Position numbers and translations under genes: made by a program | Source of the DNA: Candidatus Aenigmatarchaeota archaeon | Lineage (GTDB): Archaea > Aenigmatarchaeota > Aenigmatarchaeia > CG10238-14 > SCSR01 | Assembly: GCA_038999725.1 (NCBI GenBank) | Contig: JAWBWS010000001.1 | Coordinates: 96,001-160,000 of the forward strand | DNA: 64,000 nucleotides | Direction of reading: 5' to 3' | Shown here: positions 45,768 to 55,660 of the stretch, piece after piece | Layout of the letters: every line of letters begins with the position of its first letter | Position numbering within the stretch: the first letter of the stretch is position 1 | The notes under the pieces: model-generated | Databases searched by the model: none | What the model saw: only the letters and a program-made list of their open reading frames with translations | What the model was told of the DNA's origin: nothing

Positions 45768-46321
45768 TATTGAATCCCTTTTGTTGTCACAAGTTCTTTC
45801 GGAGATTTCACTTCAATTATCTCATTGACAAAATCTGCCCTATCTATAAGCTCTTTTGGCGCATACCTTCCAGTTAAAACAACCTGAGTTCTTTTTGGAA
45901 CTTTTTCCAAAAGCTCAAGAACTTCTTCTACCTTCAAAAGACCTAAATACACTGCCAAGTTTATTTCATCCAAGACTAAAAGATGGGGTTTCTCCTCAAT
46001 CATTTTCTTCTCTGCAAACTTAAGGGCTCTCTTCGCAAGCTCTTTATCTAACTCCTCCACCGATCTTACCTTGAATTTCATTCCTCTATATTTTACTTCA
46101 TGTTTCCCATCAACTTTAAGCCAACCTGGTCTTCCAAACTGATAAATTTTGTAGTATCGCTTAAGCATATTTCTTATTCTATACTCACCTATATTCTTCC
46201 ACCACTTCAGGAATTGGATTATAATAACTTTCTGTCTATGACCAACTGCCCTTAAAGCAAGACCAAGAGCATTCGTTGTTTTACCGGCACCAGTTCCTGT
46301 GTAAAGATAAATGTAACCCAT
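45764..46321 (-). CDS. cobO: Cob(I)alamin adenosyltransferase (CobO/BtuR type)
   Basis: YTGTGAGKTTNALGLALRAVG, IQFLK, LVLDEIN, VLTGR, ADFVNEI, GIQY; ATG at 46321. Confidence 0.92.
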   Translation of the reverse strand: MGYIYLYTGTGAGKTTNALGLALRAVGHRQKVIIIQFLKWWKNIGEYRIRNMLKRYYKIYQFGRPGWLKVDGKHEVKYRGMKFKVRSVEELDKELAKRALKFAEKKMIEEKPHLLVLDEINLAVYLGLLKVEEVLELLEKVPKRTQVVLTGRYAPKELIDRADFVNEIIEVKSPKELVTTKGIQY

Positions 46322-46329
46322 ACTTTCAC

Positions 46330-48924
46330 TCAAGATATTACACAAGTACTCCATCCACAATCAAGACATTTTATACACCCACTTTCTTCAACTATCCTTG
46401 AAGAGCCACACTCAGGGCAAATGTCCCCCCTAAACTCTTTTATTTTCTTAGGACCCTCTTCAGTATTGTTCCAAAAATCATAAACCTCTATTCCAAAATT
46501 TTTCAAAATTTCTAAGGTTTTGTTTTTTATGAGTTTTATGACTTCTTTTTGTCTATTCTTAACTTCAGAAGGTGGAGAATAAAGAACTTGTCTTGTTTTT
46601 GAACCATCTCTATAGATAGTTATCCCTTTACATCCAAGTTTATAGGCAAATAAAAATGCATTTTTAACATCATCTGGAATTACCCAATTTGGCATGTTTA
46701 TTGTTTTACTTGTAGCTGCACAAACCCATTTAGTTATTTCGGCTTGAGCCCTCACATGATCCCACCAAGGTATGTCTAATGCTGTGACAAAAACTTTTCT
46801 TAGCTCTTCTGGAATTTCAGCCAAACCTTGGATACTCCCACCATTTTCTTTAATTTTCTTCAAAATGTAATCTTCATACAAACCCATAAGTTTTAATTGT
46901 CTTTCAAACTCTACATCGGTATAATAAAAGCTCCCTATCGTGACAATTTTTTCAAAAACCAAAGCATATTGAGGCTCTATACCAGAAGACACATCACAAA
47001 GCATTGATAAACTACCTGTCGGGGCAATTGTCGTAACTTCAGCATTTCTTATCCCATTCTCTTTAATCATCTCAACAACTTTATTCCAATCTTGAGTCCA
47101 GATGTTTCTTTGATAAAAACCTTCTATTGGCATTTCGTCTGGATAACTTGATTGAGAAAAGAGTGGGAAAACTCCTCTTTCTTTTGCTAACTCACTTGAT
47201 CTCAACATAGCATTGAAAGTTATGAATTCCATCACTCTGCTCATCATTTCAAAACCTTCTTCAGAGTTATAAGGTATTTTAAGTGCAAACAACATATCAG
47301 CAAGCCCCATAATACCTAAGCCTATTTTTCTACTCGCTTTAGTCTCTTTCTCTATTTTTTCAAGTGGGAACTTATTCACATCTATAACATTATCTAAAAA
47401 TTGAATCGCTATTCTTATGGTTTTCTTCAACTCATCCCAATCAAGAGTTCTGTTTCCCTCTCCATCATCCTTCAAGTGAGCATATAAGTTGATTGAACCT
47501 AAGTTACAAGATTCATAACTGTACAAAGGTTCTTCTCCACAAGGGTTGGTTGATCTTATTGGTCCTTTTGATTTTAACAAAACATTTCTTCTGTTCAAAT
47601 TATCGAAAAATATCATTCCTGGGTCACCTGTCTTCCATGCATTCATTGCTATTACATTCATGAGATGTCTTGCTTTAACTTTCTTCCAAACTTTTCCTGT
47701 TCTTGGGTTAACCAGTTCATAAGTTCCATCTTCTTCATAGGCTTTCATGAATTCCGGATAAACTAGAACTGAAATGTTAAAATTCTCTAACACACCTGCG
47801 GTTTCTTTTACAGAAATGAATTTTTCTACATCAGGATGGTTTATATCAAGAATTCCCATACACGCTCCTCTTCTTTTACCACCTTGTTTTATAACATCTG
47901 TGATTGTATCAATGATTTTCATAAAACTGATTGGGCCACTAGCTATTCCACCAGTAGAAGATACCACATCTCCCTCTGGCCTTAATTTAGACCAGTTTAC
48001 ACCTATCCCTCCACCAGATTGGAAGATGAGAGCCGCCTCTTTAGCTGTCTCCATTATCGACCTCATATCATCATTAACATCCAAAACAAAACAAGCTGAT
48101 AGTTGTGAAAGTCTTGTACCAGCATTGAAAAGGGTTGGTGAATTTGGCAAGAATTTTTTACTTGTCATCAATTCATAGTAGCTTATGTAATTTTGATAAT
48201 AAGTTTCGAAATCTTTTTTCTCAATCATCTCAAGAAGTTTTGACCAGGTGACTTTCATTTTACCTTCCCTATTTAACTCTTCGTATAAATTTTTCATCCT
48301 CTCAAGATGCCATCTATTCCATTTAAGCTCACCAATACCAATTTTCCCTTCATATACTTGTGGGTCGAAATCTTCTATAGGCTTAACCTCTTGTCCACCA
48401 CTTACATCAAAAACTTTTGGATCGTGTAATATGTCTGGTATAACTATTAGGGCAGCAACCCTTTGGAAAAGTTGTTTTGGTGATTCCACTATCCTGCCCT
48501 CTTCATCCCTAAGTAAATACCTGGAAGCCAAGATTTGAATTGCATTCAAAGAAAAAGCTTTATCAACTTCATCAACGAAATCTTTTTGCAAAATCTTTTT
48601 CTTTTCTTCCCTTATCAAAGTTTTTTCTTTCCTGTACAAGATATAGGCCTTGGCTGTTTTATAATGACCATGCTCAACTAAAACTTTTTCGACCAAATCC
48701 TGAACTTGTTCAACTGTAGGAATTTCTCCAGGTTTAAGTTGAGCTTTCAAGAGTTCTACAACCTTATCAGCAAGAAAGTAAGCCCTTTGTTTATCTTTGC
48801 CACCAACAGCCTGTGCCGCTTTCCAAATGGCTTCTGCAATTTTTATTTTATCAAAATCAACTACCCTTCCATCTCTTTTAATTATTTTAGAAATCTGAAC
48901 CTCATTGGTTTTTTCCTCGCCCAT
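46330..48924 (-). CDS. nrdJ: Class II (B12-dependent) ribonucleotide reductase with ATP cone
   Basis: IIKRDG ATP cone, PNSPTLFNAG, SACFV, NPCGEEPL, TIAPTGS, C-terminal CPEC..C..C..C. Confidence 0.95.
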   Translation of the reverse strand: MGEEKTNEVQISKIIKRDGRVVDFDKIKIAEAIWKAAQAVGGKDKQRAYFLADKVVELLKAQLKPGEIPTVEQVQDLVEKVLVEHGHYKTAKAYILYRKEKTLIREEKKKILQKDFVDEVDKAFSLNAIQILASRYLLRDEEGRIVESPKQLFQRVAALIVIPDILHDPKVFDVSGGQEVKPIEDFDPQVYEGKIGIGELKWNRWHLERMKNLYEELNREGKMKVTWSKLLEMIEKKDFETYYQNYISYYELMTSKKFLPNSPTLFNAGTRLSQLSACFVLDVNDDMRSIMETAKEAALIFQSGGGIGVNWSKLRPEGDVVSSTGGIASGPISFMKIIDTITDVIKQGGKRRGACMGILDINHPDVEKFISVKETAGVLENFNISVLVYPEFMKAYEEDGTYELVNPRTGKVWKKVKARHLMNVIAMNAWKTGDPGMIFFDNLNRRNVLLKSKGPIRSTNPCGEEPLYSYESCNLGSINLYAHLKDDGEGNRTLDWDELKKTIRIAIQFLDNVIDVNKFPLEKIEKETKASRKIGLGIMGLADMLFALKIPYNSEEGFEMMSRVMEFITFNAMLRSSELAKERGVFPLFSQSSYPDEMPIEGFYQRNIWTQDWNKVVEMIKENGIRNAEVTTIAPTGSLSMLCDVSSGIEPQYALVFEKIVTIGSFYYTDVEFERQLKLMGLYEDYILKKIKENGGSIQGLAEIPEELRKVFVTALDIPWWDHVRAQAEITKWVCAATSKTINMPNWVIPDDVKNAFLFAYKLGCKGITIYRDGSKTRQVLYSPPSEVKNRQKEVIKLIKNKTLEILKNFGIEVYDFWNNTEEGPKKIKEFRGDICPECGSSRIVEESGCIKCLDCGWSTCVIS

Positions 48925-49030
48925 TCAATTCACCGAGAAGCTAAATTTAAAATAAATTATCCTTCAAATATCCATTTCTCTATTGCAGAATTTATATCTA
49001 AAAATACAAATTTTTTTAAAAGTGAGAAAA

Positions 49031-50188
49031 ATGGATTTGTATTTTATTTCAGTTTTGATTTTTCTTTCAGTTTTGGTAATTTTAATCTATAGAGATAGGA
49101 AGAACATAGAATTTAACCACATCATCTTGATAAGAAGAACAAAAACTGGAATTAAAATTCTAGACAAATTGGCAAAACCCAAATTTTTTTGGAAATTTCT
49201 GGGAACTTTTGGTATTGTTGTTGTGTTTTTCTTGATGTTCAATGGACTTGCAAGTCTAATTGAATATGGCAAACTTTTGTTATCGGGAGAAGTGAAGACA
49301 CCTGGGCTAAGTTTTGTTTTTCCTTCAATAAAATCAGAAGTTGAAGCTGGTCCCGGATATTTGTTGCTACCATTTTGGTTTTGGTTTATAATCATAATTT
49401 CTGTGATAGTGCCTCATGAATTGTTACATGGAATTATGAGTAGAGTAGAAAAAATAAGAGTAAAAAGCGTCGGCCTTTTATTATTAATTGTTTTGCCTGG
49501 TGCTTTTGTCGAGCCAGATGAAAAACAATTGAAAAGAGCAAAATTTATCTCTAAACTCAGAGTTTTTGCTTCTGGTAGTTTAGCGAACTTTATTGTTTAT
49601 TTGATCGTCTTCAATCTCACCTCCAATCTTATATGGCCATACCTTTTTCCTGGGCCGATAGTTTTAAAAGAGGTAAACGCCAGTAGCCCCGCTGCCCAAG
49701 CTGGTTTAAAGCCTGGCATGATAATAAGTGAGATAAATTGTAAGCCTGTGAAACTAACTTATGAAGAATATTTAATTGGATCTAAATATCTTTTAGAAGA
49801 AACAAGGGGTGTAAAACCTGGGGATGAAATCAGCGTCATAGCCAATGGTACAGAATTTAAGATTAAGGTTGGTTCTAACCCTGAGAATGAAGCTCTCCCT
49901 TATTTTGGAATAATTTATTCTCCAATCACAAAGAATGAAAAAATGTTTCCAACTTTTCTCCTCCAATTACTTACTTGGATGTGGATTATAAACTATGCTG
50001 TCTCTGTTTTTAACATATTGCCCATATATCCTTTAGATGGTGGGATGGTCGTCCAAACAATTGCAGAAAAAATTAATAAAAAACATGTGAAAGGAATAAC
50101 TTTTGCGATAACAATAACGACTTTAACAATACTGCTATTTACTTTCATTGCTCCATTTCTTTTACAGATAATCTCTCTATCTTCCTAA
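49031..50188 (+). CDS. M50 site-2 protease with PDZ domain
   Basis: HELLHG, GAFVEPD, SPAAQAGLKPG, NILPIYPLDG. Confidence 0.92.
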   Translation: MDLYFISVLIFLSVLVILIYRDRKNIEFNHIILIRRTKTGIKILDKLAKPKFFWKFLGTFGIVVVFFLMFNGLASLIEYGKLLLSGEVKTPGLSFVFPSIKSEVEAGPGYLLLPFWFWFIIIISVIVPHELLHGIMSRVEKIRVKSVGLLLLIVLPGAFVEPDEKQLKRAKFISKLRVFASGSLANFIVYLIVFNLTSNLIWPYLFPGPIVLKEVNASSPAAQAGLKPGMIISEINCKPVKLTYEEYLIGSKYLLEETRGVKPGDEISVIANGTEFKIKVGSNPENEALPYFGIIYSPITKNEKMFPTFLLQLLTWMWIINYAVSVFNILPIYPLDGGMVVQTIAEKINKKHVKGITFAITITTLTILLFTFIAPFLLQIISLSS

Positions 50189-50720
50189 TTTCAAAATTTT
50201 TCACAGGATAAATTTTTTTCACTTCAGCTATTATCCTCATCTTTATTTCATCTGAAATTAAACTTCTTACAAAATCATCTAAATTCATACCCTCAATCTC
50301 TCTCTTGATCACCTCTTCTATTTTTTTGTGAATATTTTTTTGGACACTGCTTTTAGCTTTTCTTGAAACCACACATAAACTTTTTATTCTCAGTTTTACT
50401 TTATCCTTTGTCACAACATCTTGTATTACATCTATTCTTCTAACCCTTCTTACAACCATTCTCGAGATATAATCTTGAGTACATTCTGTGCCGTAAAATT
50501 CGGTAAACGCTTTATTACCTTCAACTCTGTTTATCCTGAATAAAATTTTTAAATAATATTTGTTCATATTGTCTGAAACTTCTAGCGCATTTATAATAAT
50601 TTTTCTACCTATGAGCAAATTCGGATCACTAACAAATGTTACACCTATTTCTTTCTCACCAAAAATTTTTGGTAAAATTATTGTATAAGTTTCCTTTGTT
50701 TTAGCTTTCTTTTTTACCAA
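50145..50720 (-). CDS. rps3ae: 30S ribosomal protein S3Ae (eS1)
   Basis: LIGRKI, DYISRMVVRRVRRID, KIYPV..EIRKIE; TTG start after GGTGA. Confidence 0.9.
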   Translation of the reverse strand: MVKKKAKTKETYTIILPKIFGEKEIGVTFVSDPNLLIGRKIIINALEVSDNMNKYYLKILFRINRVEGNKAFTEFYGTECTQDYISRMVVRRVRRIDVIQDVVTKDKVKLRIKSLCVVSRKAKSSVQKNIHKKIEEVIKREIEGMNLDDFVRSLISDEIKMRIIAEVKKIYPVKNFEIRKIERLSVKEMEQ

Positions 50721-52074
50721 ACATCTCACCCAATTTTTTATCTATAATATTAACAAAATCGTCTTGTAAGTTTTTATCTATTAATGCTCCTGCTGCATGG
50801 GCATGTCCACCTGCTTCACCCTTAAGTAATTTTGCTACATAACATAAAACCTCTCTCAAGTTTATATCAACATCTTTAGGCGCCCTAGCAGAAATTTTAA
50901 TAGCACCATCATCTGTTTCTGCAATCCCAAAAACAGGGTTTTTGTTGTTAAAAATATTTGAACTCAAAGCAATTGATGTTATCGTTCCAATCAAAGTGTC
51001 TTTAATCTTCTTTCCTGCTGAGATGAAATTAGCATTTTGTGTTGAAAAAATTATGTTACCCTCCCTCAAAAGTTTTATACTTTCGTTTATCTCTCTTCTG
51101 TATTCCTCCATTATTTCCCACACTTTGGTAATATTTGAATCTCCTAGACATAAGCTTATTCCAATATCAACATTGCCTGTTCTTCCACAAGCATTTAATA
51201 TAGTTGCAAACTCTCTTGCATCTTGTAGCTCTTCTTCTCTGTCTAAGAGAGTATAAATTTCGCCAAATATATCAATAGCATTTGGTTGTGAAAATTTAAG
51301 CCTCTCCAAAATTATTGCTGAAGCTAGTTTTTGTTGCTCTTCTATAGTCAAATCTTTGAGTTTCTTCCACTCATTATTTTCTTTAACAGGAATGTTAAGC
51401 TCGGATAGAAATTGAACTGCTTGTGATTCAGAACCACTTATTCCAGGAATAAATGGATCAAAGCTGTATTCTAAACACTTATGAATCGGTCTTATATTTC
51501 TACCATAAAGTCTTATGCCCTTGCTCACAACAATCTTACCAAGAATTTCGGCTTCCTCCAAAATTTTTCTAGCCATACCTTTTAATTTCCAACCTTCATC
51601 TTGTTCATCACCAAGTGCACCAACTATTGCCAAATCTATTAAGTCTGTGTTTTGAAATGAAATGTTTTTTGCAAACAAGTAGCAAATTATGGATGACGAA
51701 ACTTCTTCCTCATTAAACAAGAGTGGATTAAGATGAAAAAGATTAGCAGTATGAAAATCTTCTGGTTCATGATGATCCAAAATAAATACTTGTGTCTTTT
51801 TTAAAATTTCTTTCAAAAAAGTAACTTGTCCACTTCCTAAATCTGTAAAAATAAAAACATCTTCACCTCTAACTTTAATTTTTTCTATAATATTTTGTGT
51901 TAACTGTTTCACGATTCTCAACTCAAAATTCTGTCCACTCCTCAACAACATTTTCGAAACTATGGCAGCACTTACCAAACCGTCTGCATCTAGATGAGAA
52001 AATATCTTTACCACTTTTTGATTAACTATAGACTTAAAAATCTTGGATGCTCTCTCAATTTCTTCTAGGAACAA
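50701..52074 (-). CDS. RecJ/Cdc45-like DHH phosphoesterase
   Basis: HLDADG, TDLGS, LDHH, GGHAHAAG; sits in the conserved S15-DHH-S3Ae context. Confidence 0.9.
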   Translation of the reverse strand: MFLEEIERASKIFKSIVNQKVVKIFSHLDADGLVSAAIVSKMLLRSGQNFELRIVKQLTQNIIEKIKVRGEDVFIFTDLGSGQVTFLKEILKKTQVFILDHHEPEDFHTANLFHLNPLLFNEEEVSSSIICYLFAKNISFQNTDLIDLAIVGALGDEQDEGWKLKGMARKILEEAEILGKIVVSKGIRLYGRNIRPIHKCLEYSFDPFIPGISGSESQAVQFLSELNIPVKENNEWKKLKDLTIEEQQKLASAIILERLKFSQPNAIDIFGEIYTLLDREEELQDAREFATILNACGRTGNVDIGISLCLGDSNITKVWEIMEEYRREINESIKLLREGNIIFSTQNANFISAGKKIKDTLIGTITSIALSSNIFNNKNPVFGIAETDDGAIKISARAPKDVDINLREVLCYVAKLLKGEAGGHAHAAGALIDKNLQDDFVNIIDKKLGEMFGKKES

Positions 52075-52078
52075 GTTA

Positions 52079-52537
52079 TCACTTTTGTACTATTAGTCTT
52101 GCTTTCTCTGGAGAGTATTCCCAATCTTTGGGTAACATTCCTCTCTTAGAATAATATTTTCCAAGCCTTTTTATCTTAGATTCTAAATTTTGGAGCCCCC
52201 TTAAAGAATGTTTATCTTTTTTATGTTTTTCTAGATGAGCTCTCAAATTTACAGCTTTTCTCAACAAATTCATTAAATCTTCCGGAATTTCTGGATAAAC
52301 CCCCCTTTCCTTCATTATCTCAGATATATCTTTACCCACAATTGTTTTAACATCTGGAATTCCATATTGATCGCGCAAAATCATTCCTATTTGAGCTGAA
52401 GTTAATCTTTGTTTTGCAAGTTTTTCTATTAAATCCTCTATCTCTTCTTTCTTCAACTTCACCCATTTTGGCACAATTTTAACAGGAGGTTTATGGCTAC
52501 CTGCTCTTCCTCTTTTCCCAGAATACATCCTCGCCAT
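52079..52537 (-). CDS. rps15: 30S ribosomal protein S15 (uS15)
   Basis: [29 protein letters not shown]. Confidence 0.97.
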   Translation of the reverse strand: MARMYSGKRGRAGSHKPPVKIVPKWVKLKKEEIEDLIEKLAKQRLTSAQIGMILRDQYGIPDVKTIVGKDISEIMKERGVYPEIPEDLMNLLRKAVNLRAHLEKHKKDKHSLRGLQNLESKIKRLGKYYSKRGMLPKDWEYSPEKARLIVQK

Positions 52538-52577
52538 TAAAACCACTTAATTTATTTTTTAAATAATATTTATAAAT

Positions 52578-52802
52578 TCAATCGAAGAATTCTTTTAAAA
52601 GCCAGAGTAAAACTAAAACTACAGTTGAAATAAAACTTAAGAAACTTCCAACCATCAACAAAATTGCAGCCAAACCTTTGGGGTTAATTATTGATATTAA
52701 AAAGCCTATAAATAAGATACCTACACCAAAAACTATTCCAAGAATTGAAGAATTTTCTGCAGTTTCAAATTTGTTCTTACCTTTTACTTTTCCTATCAAC
52801 AT
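52578..52802 (-). CDS. Small two-TM membrane protein
   Basis: Two hydrophobic helices; fills the gap between bud32 and rps15; start uncertain. Confidence 0.6.
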   Translation of the reverse strand: MLIGKVKGKNKFETAENSSILGIVFGVGILFIGFLISIINPKGLAAILLMVGSFLSFISTVVLVLLWLLKEFFD

Positions 52803-53412
52803 ACCTAGCTCTAGCTTCAATCTCCTCCACCCTTTTTAAAACTTGTTCTGCATCTTTATATTCTTGTTTATATCCTTTAACTATATTTTCCCAACAGATA
52901 TCTAAAATTTTAAAATGTGTTGACTTCAAAGCCTCAAAAAGGAGATTCAAATCAACTCCTTTATCTTCCATTCTTTTTGAGAAAAACCCAAGACCAAAAT
53001 CTATGAAATAAATTTGATTATCTTTCAATATCATGTTTGAAGTTGTCAAATCTCCATGAATTATTCCAGCCGAATGAAGCTTGCCTATGAGCCTGCCAAC
53101 TTCAAAAGATATTCTTTTAATATCATCTTCGCAAGCTTTTGAAAAGAATTCTTTTAATCTCTCCCCTTCGATAAATTCCATTATTATCTTAAATTTCTTA
53201 TAATCAACATCGATGATTGTTGGTGTGGGCACGCCGACCTTCCTAGCTTCTGTCAAAAGCTTTACTTCTTCATTTGTCCTTTCTTTTCTAAGCTTGACAT
53301 CTATTTGTTCTATCCTGTAATTTTTCTTAATCCTCTCTTTGATAAGAACCTTTTTATCTTCAATTTCATCTAAGTAAAGAATTGCCTCAGCCCCCCGCTT
53401 CAAAATCTGCAT
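52777..53412 (-). CDS. bud32: KEOPS kinase Bud32
   Basis: GAEA, KNYR, HGDLTTSN, IDFGL, DKGVDL. Confidence 0.95.
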   Translation of the reverse strand: MQILKRGAEAILYLDEIEDKKVLIKERIKKNYRIEQIDVKLRKERTNEEVKLLTEARKVGVPTPTIIDVDYKKFKIIMEFIEGERLKEFFSKACEDDIKRISFEVGRLIGKLHSAGIIHGDLTTSNMILKDNQIYFIDFGLGFFSKRMEDKGVDLNLLFEALKSTHFKILDICWENIVKGYKQEYKDAEQVLKRVEEIEARARYVDRKSKR

Positions 53413-53445
53413 AAAAAGAAAATCATATGTTAAAAATAAATTCCT

Positions 53446-54399
53446 TTAAGGGTCTCTTATCCCCTCTTCAGTTATCTTAAATACAGCTTCACCCTCTGGC
53501 AATCCTGGAGAATCCACAAGCCTTGCTATCCTTGTTCCATCCTTCCCTCTTCTTAGGTATATCCTGTAAGTTGCCATGTGAGCCAAAATTGCTCCCCCTG
53601 AAGCTCTTACAGGATCACCAAACATTACCGAGGGATCCATCAGGACTTGGTTTGTAATGTAAACTGCAAGGTTGTATGCATCTGCCAACCTCTGTAACAT
53701 GTGTAGATGCTTGTTCAATTTTTGCTGTCTTGGAGCAAGTTCACCTCTTCCGGTAAAATCTGCTCTAAAGTGGGATGTTAGGCTGTCTATAACAATCAAT
53801 TTGATATTTTTCTCTTCTATTATTTCATTTGCTTTTTCCACAAGGAACATTTGATGCTCAGAATTGAAAGCTCTAGCAACATAGATGTTGGATAAAACTT
53901 TTTCTGGGTCTAGATTTAAACTCTTTGCTATTTGAAGTATTCTTTCTGGCCTAAATGTGTTTTCTGTATCAATATATAGAACATTCCCCCCCAAACCACC
54001 TTTTTCAGGAGGCAATTGAACATTAACAGCAAGTTGAAAAGCTAGTTGGGTCTTGCCTGAACCAAATTGACCATAAGTTTCTGTTATTGCTTGAGTTTCT
54101 ACTCCACCACCCAAAAGATTATCCAAATTTTTTGATCCAGTTGTTATTTTTGCAACTTTAAGTCTTCTCTCTAAAATTTTATCAGCGCTTTCATAGCCAA
54201 TTTCAAGTATTTCTCTTATAGCATTTATTATCTTCGCTGCCTGCCCTTCACCAATTTCAGCAATTGCTGCAAGCTCACTTGGTGAAGCAACAGCTATAGC
54301 CATGGGGTCTGTGTAACCAACTTCTCTTAATTTTTGTGCTGTTTTTTCTCCAATTCCAGGGATATCCTCAAGTACTATCTCTTTTTTCTTCAATTTCAA
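53446..54399 (-). CDS. radA: DNA repair and recombination protein RadA
   Basis: HhH N-terminal domain, [32 protein letters not shown]. Confidence 0.97.
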   Translation of the reverse strand: MKLKKKEIVLEDIPGIGEKTAQKLREVGYTDPMAIAVASPSELAAIAEIGEGQAAKIINAIREILEIGYESADKILERRLKVAKITTGSKNLDNLLGGGVETQAITETYGQFGSGKTQLAFQLAVNVQLPPEKGGLGGNVLYIDTENTFRPERILQIAKSLNLDPEKVLSNIYVARAFNSEHQMFLVEKANEIIEEKNIKLIVIDSLTSHFRADFTGRGELAPRQQKLNKHLHMLQRLADAYNLAVYITNQVLMDPSVMFGDPVRASGGAILAHMATYRIYLRRGKDGTRIARLVDSPGLPEGEAVFKITEEGIRDP

Positions 54400-55390
54400 T
54401 CTCCCCTGCTAATCTTTTACTCTCTTCTATCACATTTAAATCTTTTGCTTCACTAACTATAAATTCTATCCTATTAAAAGCTATATTCTTTTTAACTCTA
54501 CCTGTGAGTTGTAATTCTCTGCCCAAAAGCCATTGTTTAATTACCTCATATCTTTTTTCCTCATCCATTTCTTCCAATTCTTTTGCTGAAACTTGCAGAA
54601 CTTTTTCAGCCTGATCTCTGAAAAAAACCGCCCTTATGTTTCCTGTTCCATCATCTACTATTGTTGTTATTAACAAGGCTTTTGAGGGTGAAACTTCACC
54701 ATGTTGAGGGCAAAGAAGTTTTTGGTCTTTTTTTACAAGTGTGTTCTCACATTCTGGACAAACATCAAAAAAGAATTTTCCCTTAAAGATATGAACTACT
54801 GTTGCAACAATTTCAGCTTTTCCTGGTCTAAGATCTTTTATTGCTACTCTATCAGTCTGCTGTAAATGTTTTTTTCTCAAATATTCAAGGCTTGGTAAAC
54901 TTTCACACTCAATTTTATTTATAAACCCGTATCTTCCTATCGAAACTTCAATCCCATATATTCCTTCTTTTGCCAAACCATTTGTCACTTGAACAGAATC
55001 ACCAAGCTTTAACTCACCTTCTTCCACAAGCTTTGCTTGATCATTCCATAATGGAATTCTCACAAAACCTGTATCATCACCAACAAAAATGTTAACAACC
55101 TTGCCAGAAGAGCCATCTTGCCTTTCAAAATTTATTATTGGGGTAATATTAAAAACTCTTCCAACAAAACTTACACTCTTCATTCCAGGCACTATGTTCT
55201 TAATTTCAAGTTCTCTTCTCCTCTTCTCAACCAAATCCAAACCAAGCTCATTTGCAACTAAATAGGCAGCACCCTCTTCTGTTAGCAAGTCTGAAAATTC
55301 TTCTCTTTTCTCCTTTATTTTTTTCATTAACTCTTCTCTACTTAAACCGGAAGACTTCTCCATCTCTAAAAGAAGCTCTTCTAAGCTCAT
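54368..55390 (-). CDS. rpa: Replication protein A (OB folds plus Zn finger)
   Basis: DDTG and DDGTG OB motifs; CPEC...CPQH. Confidence 0.9.
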   Translation of the reverse strand: MSLEELLLEMEKSSGLSREELMKKIKEKREEFSDLLTEEGAAYLVANELGLDLVEKRRRELEIKNIVPGMKSVSFVGRVFNITPIINFERQDGSSGKVVNIFVGDDTGFVRIPLWNDQAKLVEEGELKLGDSVQVTNGLAKEGIYGIEVSIGRYGFINKIECESLPSLEYLRKKHLQQTDRVAIKDLRPGKAEIVATVVHIFKGKFFFDVCPECENTLVKKDQKLLCPQHGEVSPSKALLITTIVDDGTGNIRAVFFRDQAEKVLQVSAKELEEMDEEKRYEVIKQWLLGRELQLTGRVKKNIAFNRIEFIVSEAKDLNVIEESKRLAGEIEIEEKRDST

Positions 55391-55422
55391 AAAACTCTAA
55401 TAATGAATAGAAAGAATAAAAG

Positions 55423-55629
55423 TTAAATCTTTCTTCTCGCTAGCCTAATATCTTCATCAAGAATAGTTTTTCTGCCAGCATGTTTCGCAAGTAAAGCTGC
55501 CTCCTTTGCTATTTTGAATAACTCTTCTTCCATGATTTTTGCCATTTCGTCTAAAGCTGATTGAGAGACCCTCTTCGCACCTACTTTTTTAAAAATTCTT
55601 TCAAATGGTTGTTTTGGTAAAATAGACAT
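55423..55629 (-). CDS. Archaeal histone (HMf family)
   Basis: LPKQPFERI, GAKRVS, AKHAGRKTILDEDI. Confidence 0.95.
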   Translation of the reverse strand: MSILPKQPFERIFKKVGAKRVSQSALDEMAKIMEEELFKIAKEAALLAKHAGRKTILDEDIRLARRKI

Positions 55630-55660
55630 GATTAGATTTTGTCAGCTTGAATATAAAAAT

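Noticed and set aside
46330..54399. Inteins in NrdJ or RadA
   Set aside because: Protein lengths are normal, catalytic motifs are contiguous and no splice-junction motifs were seen.
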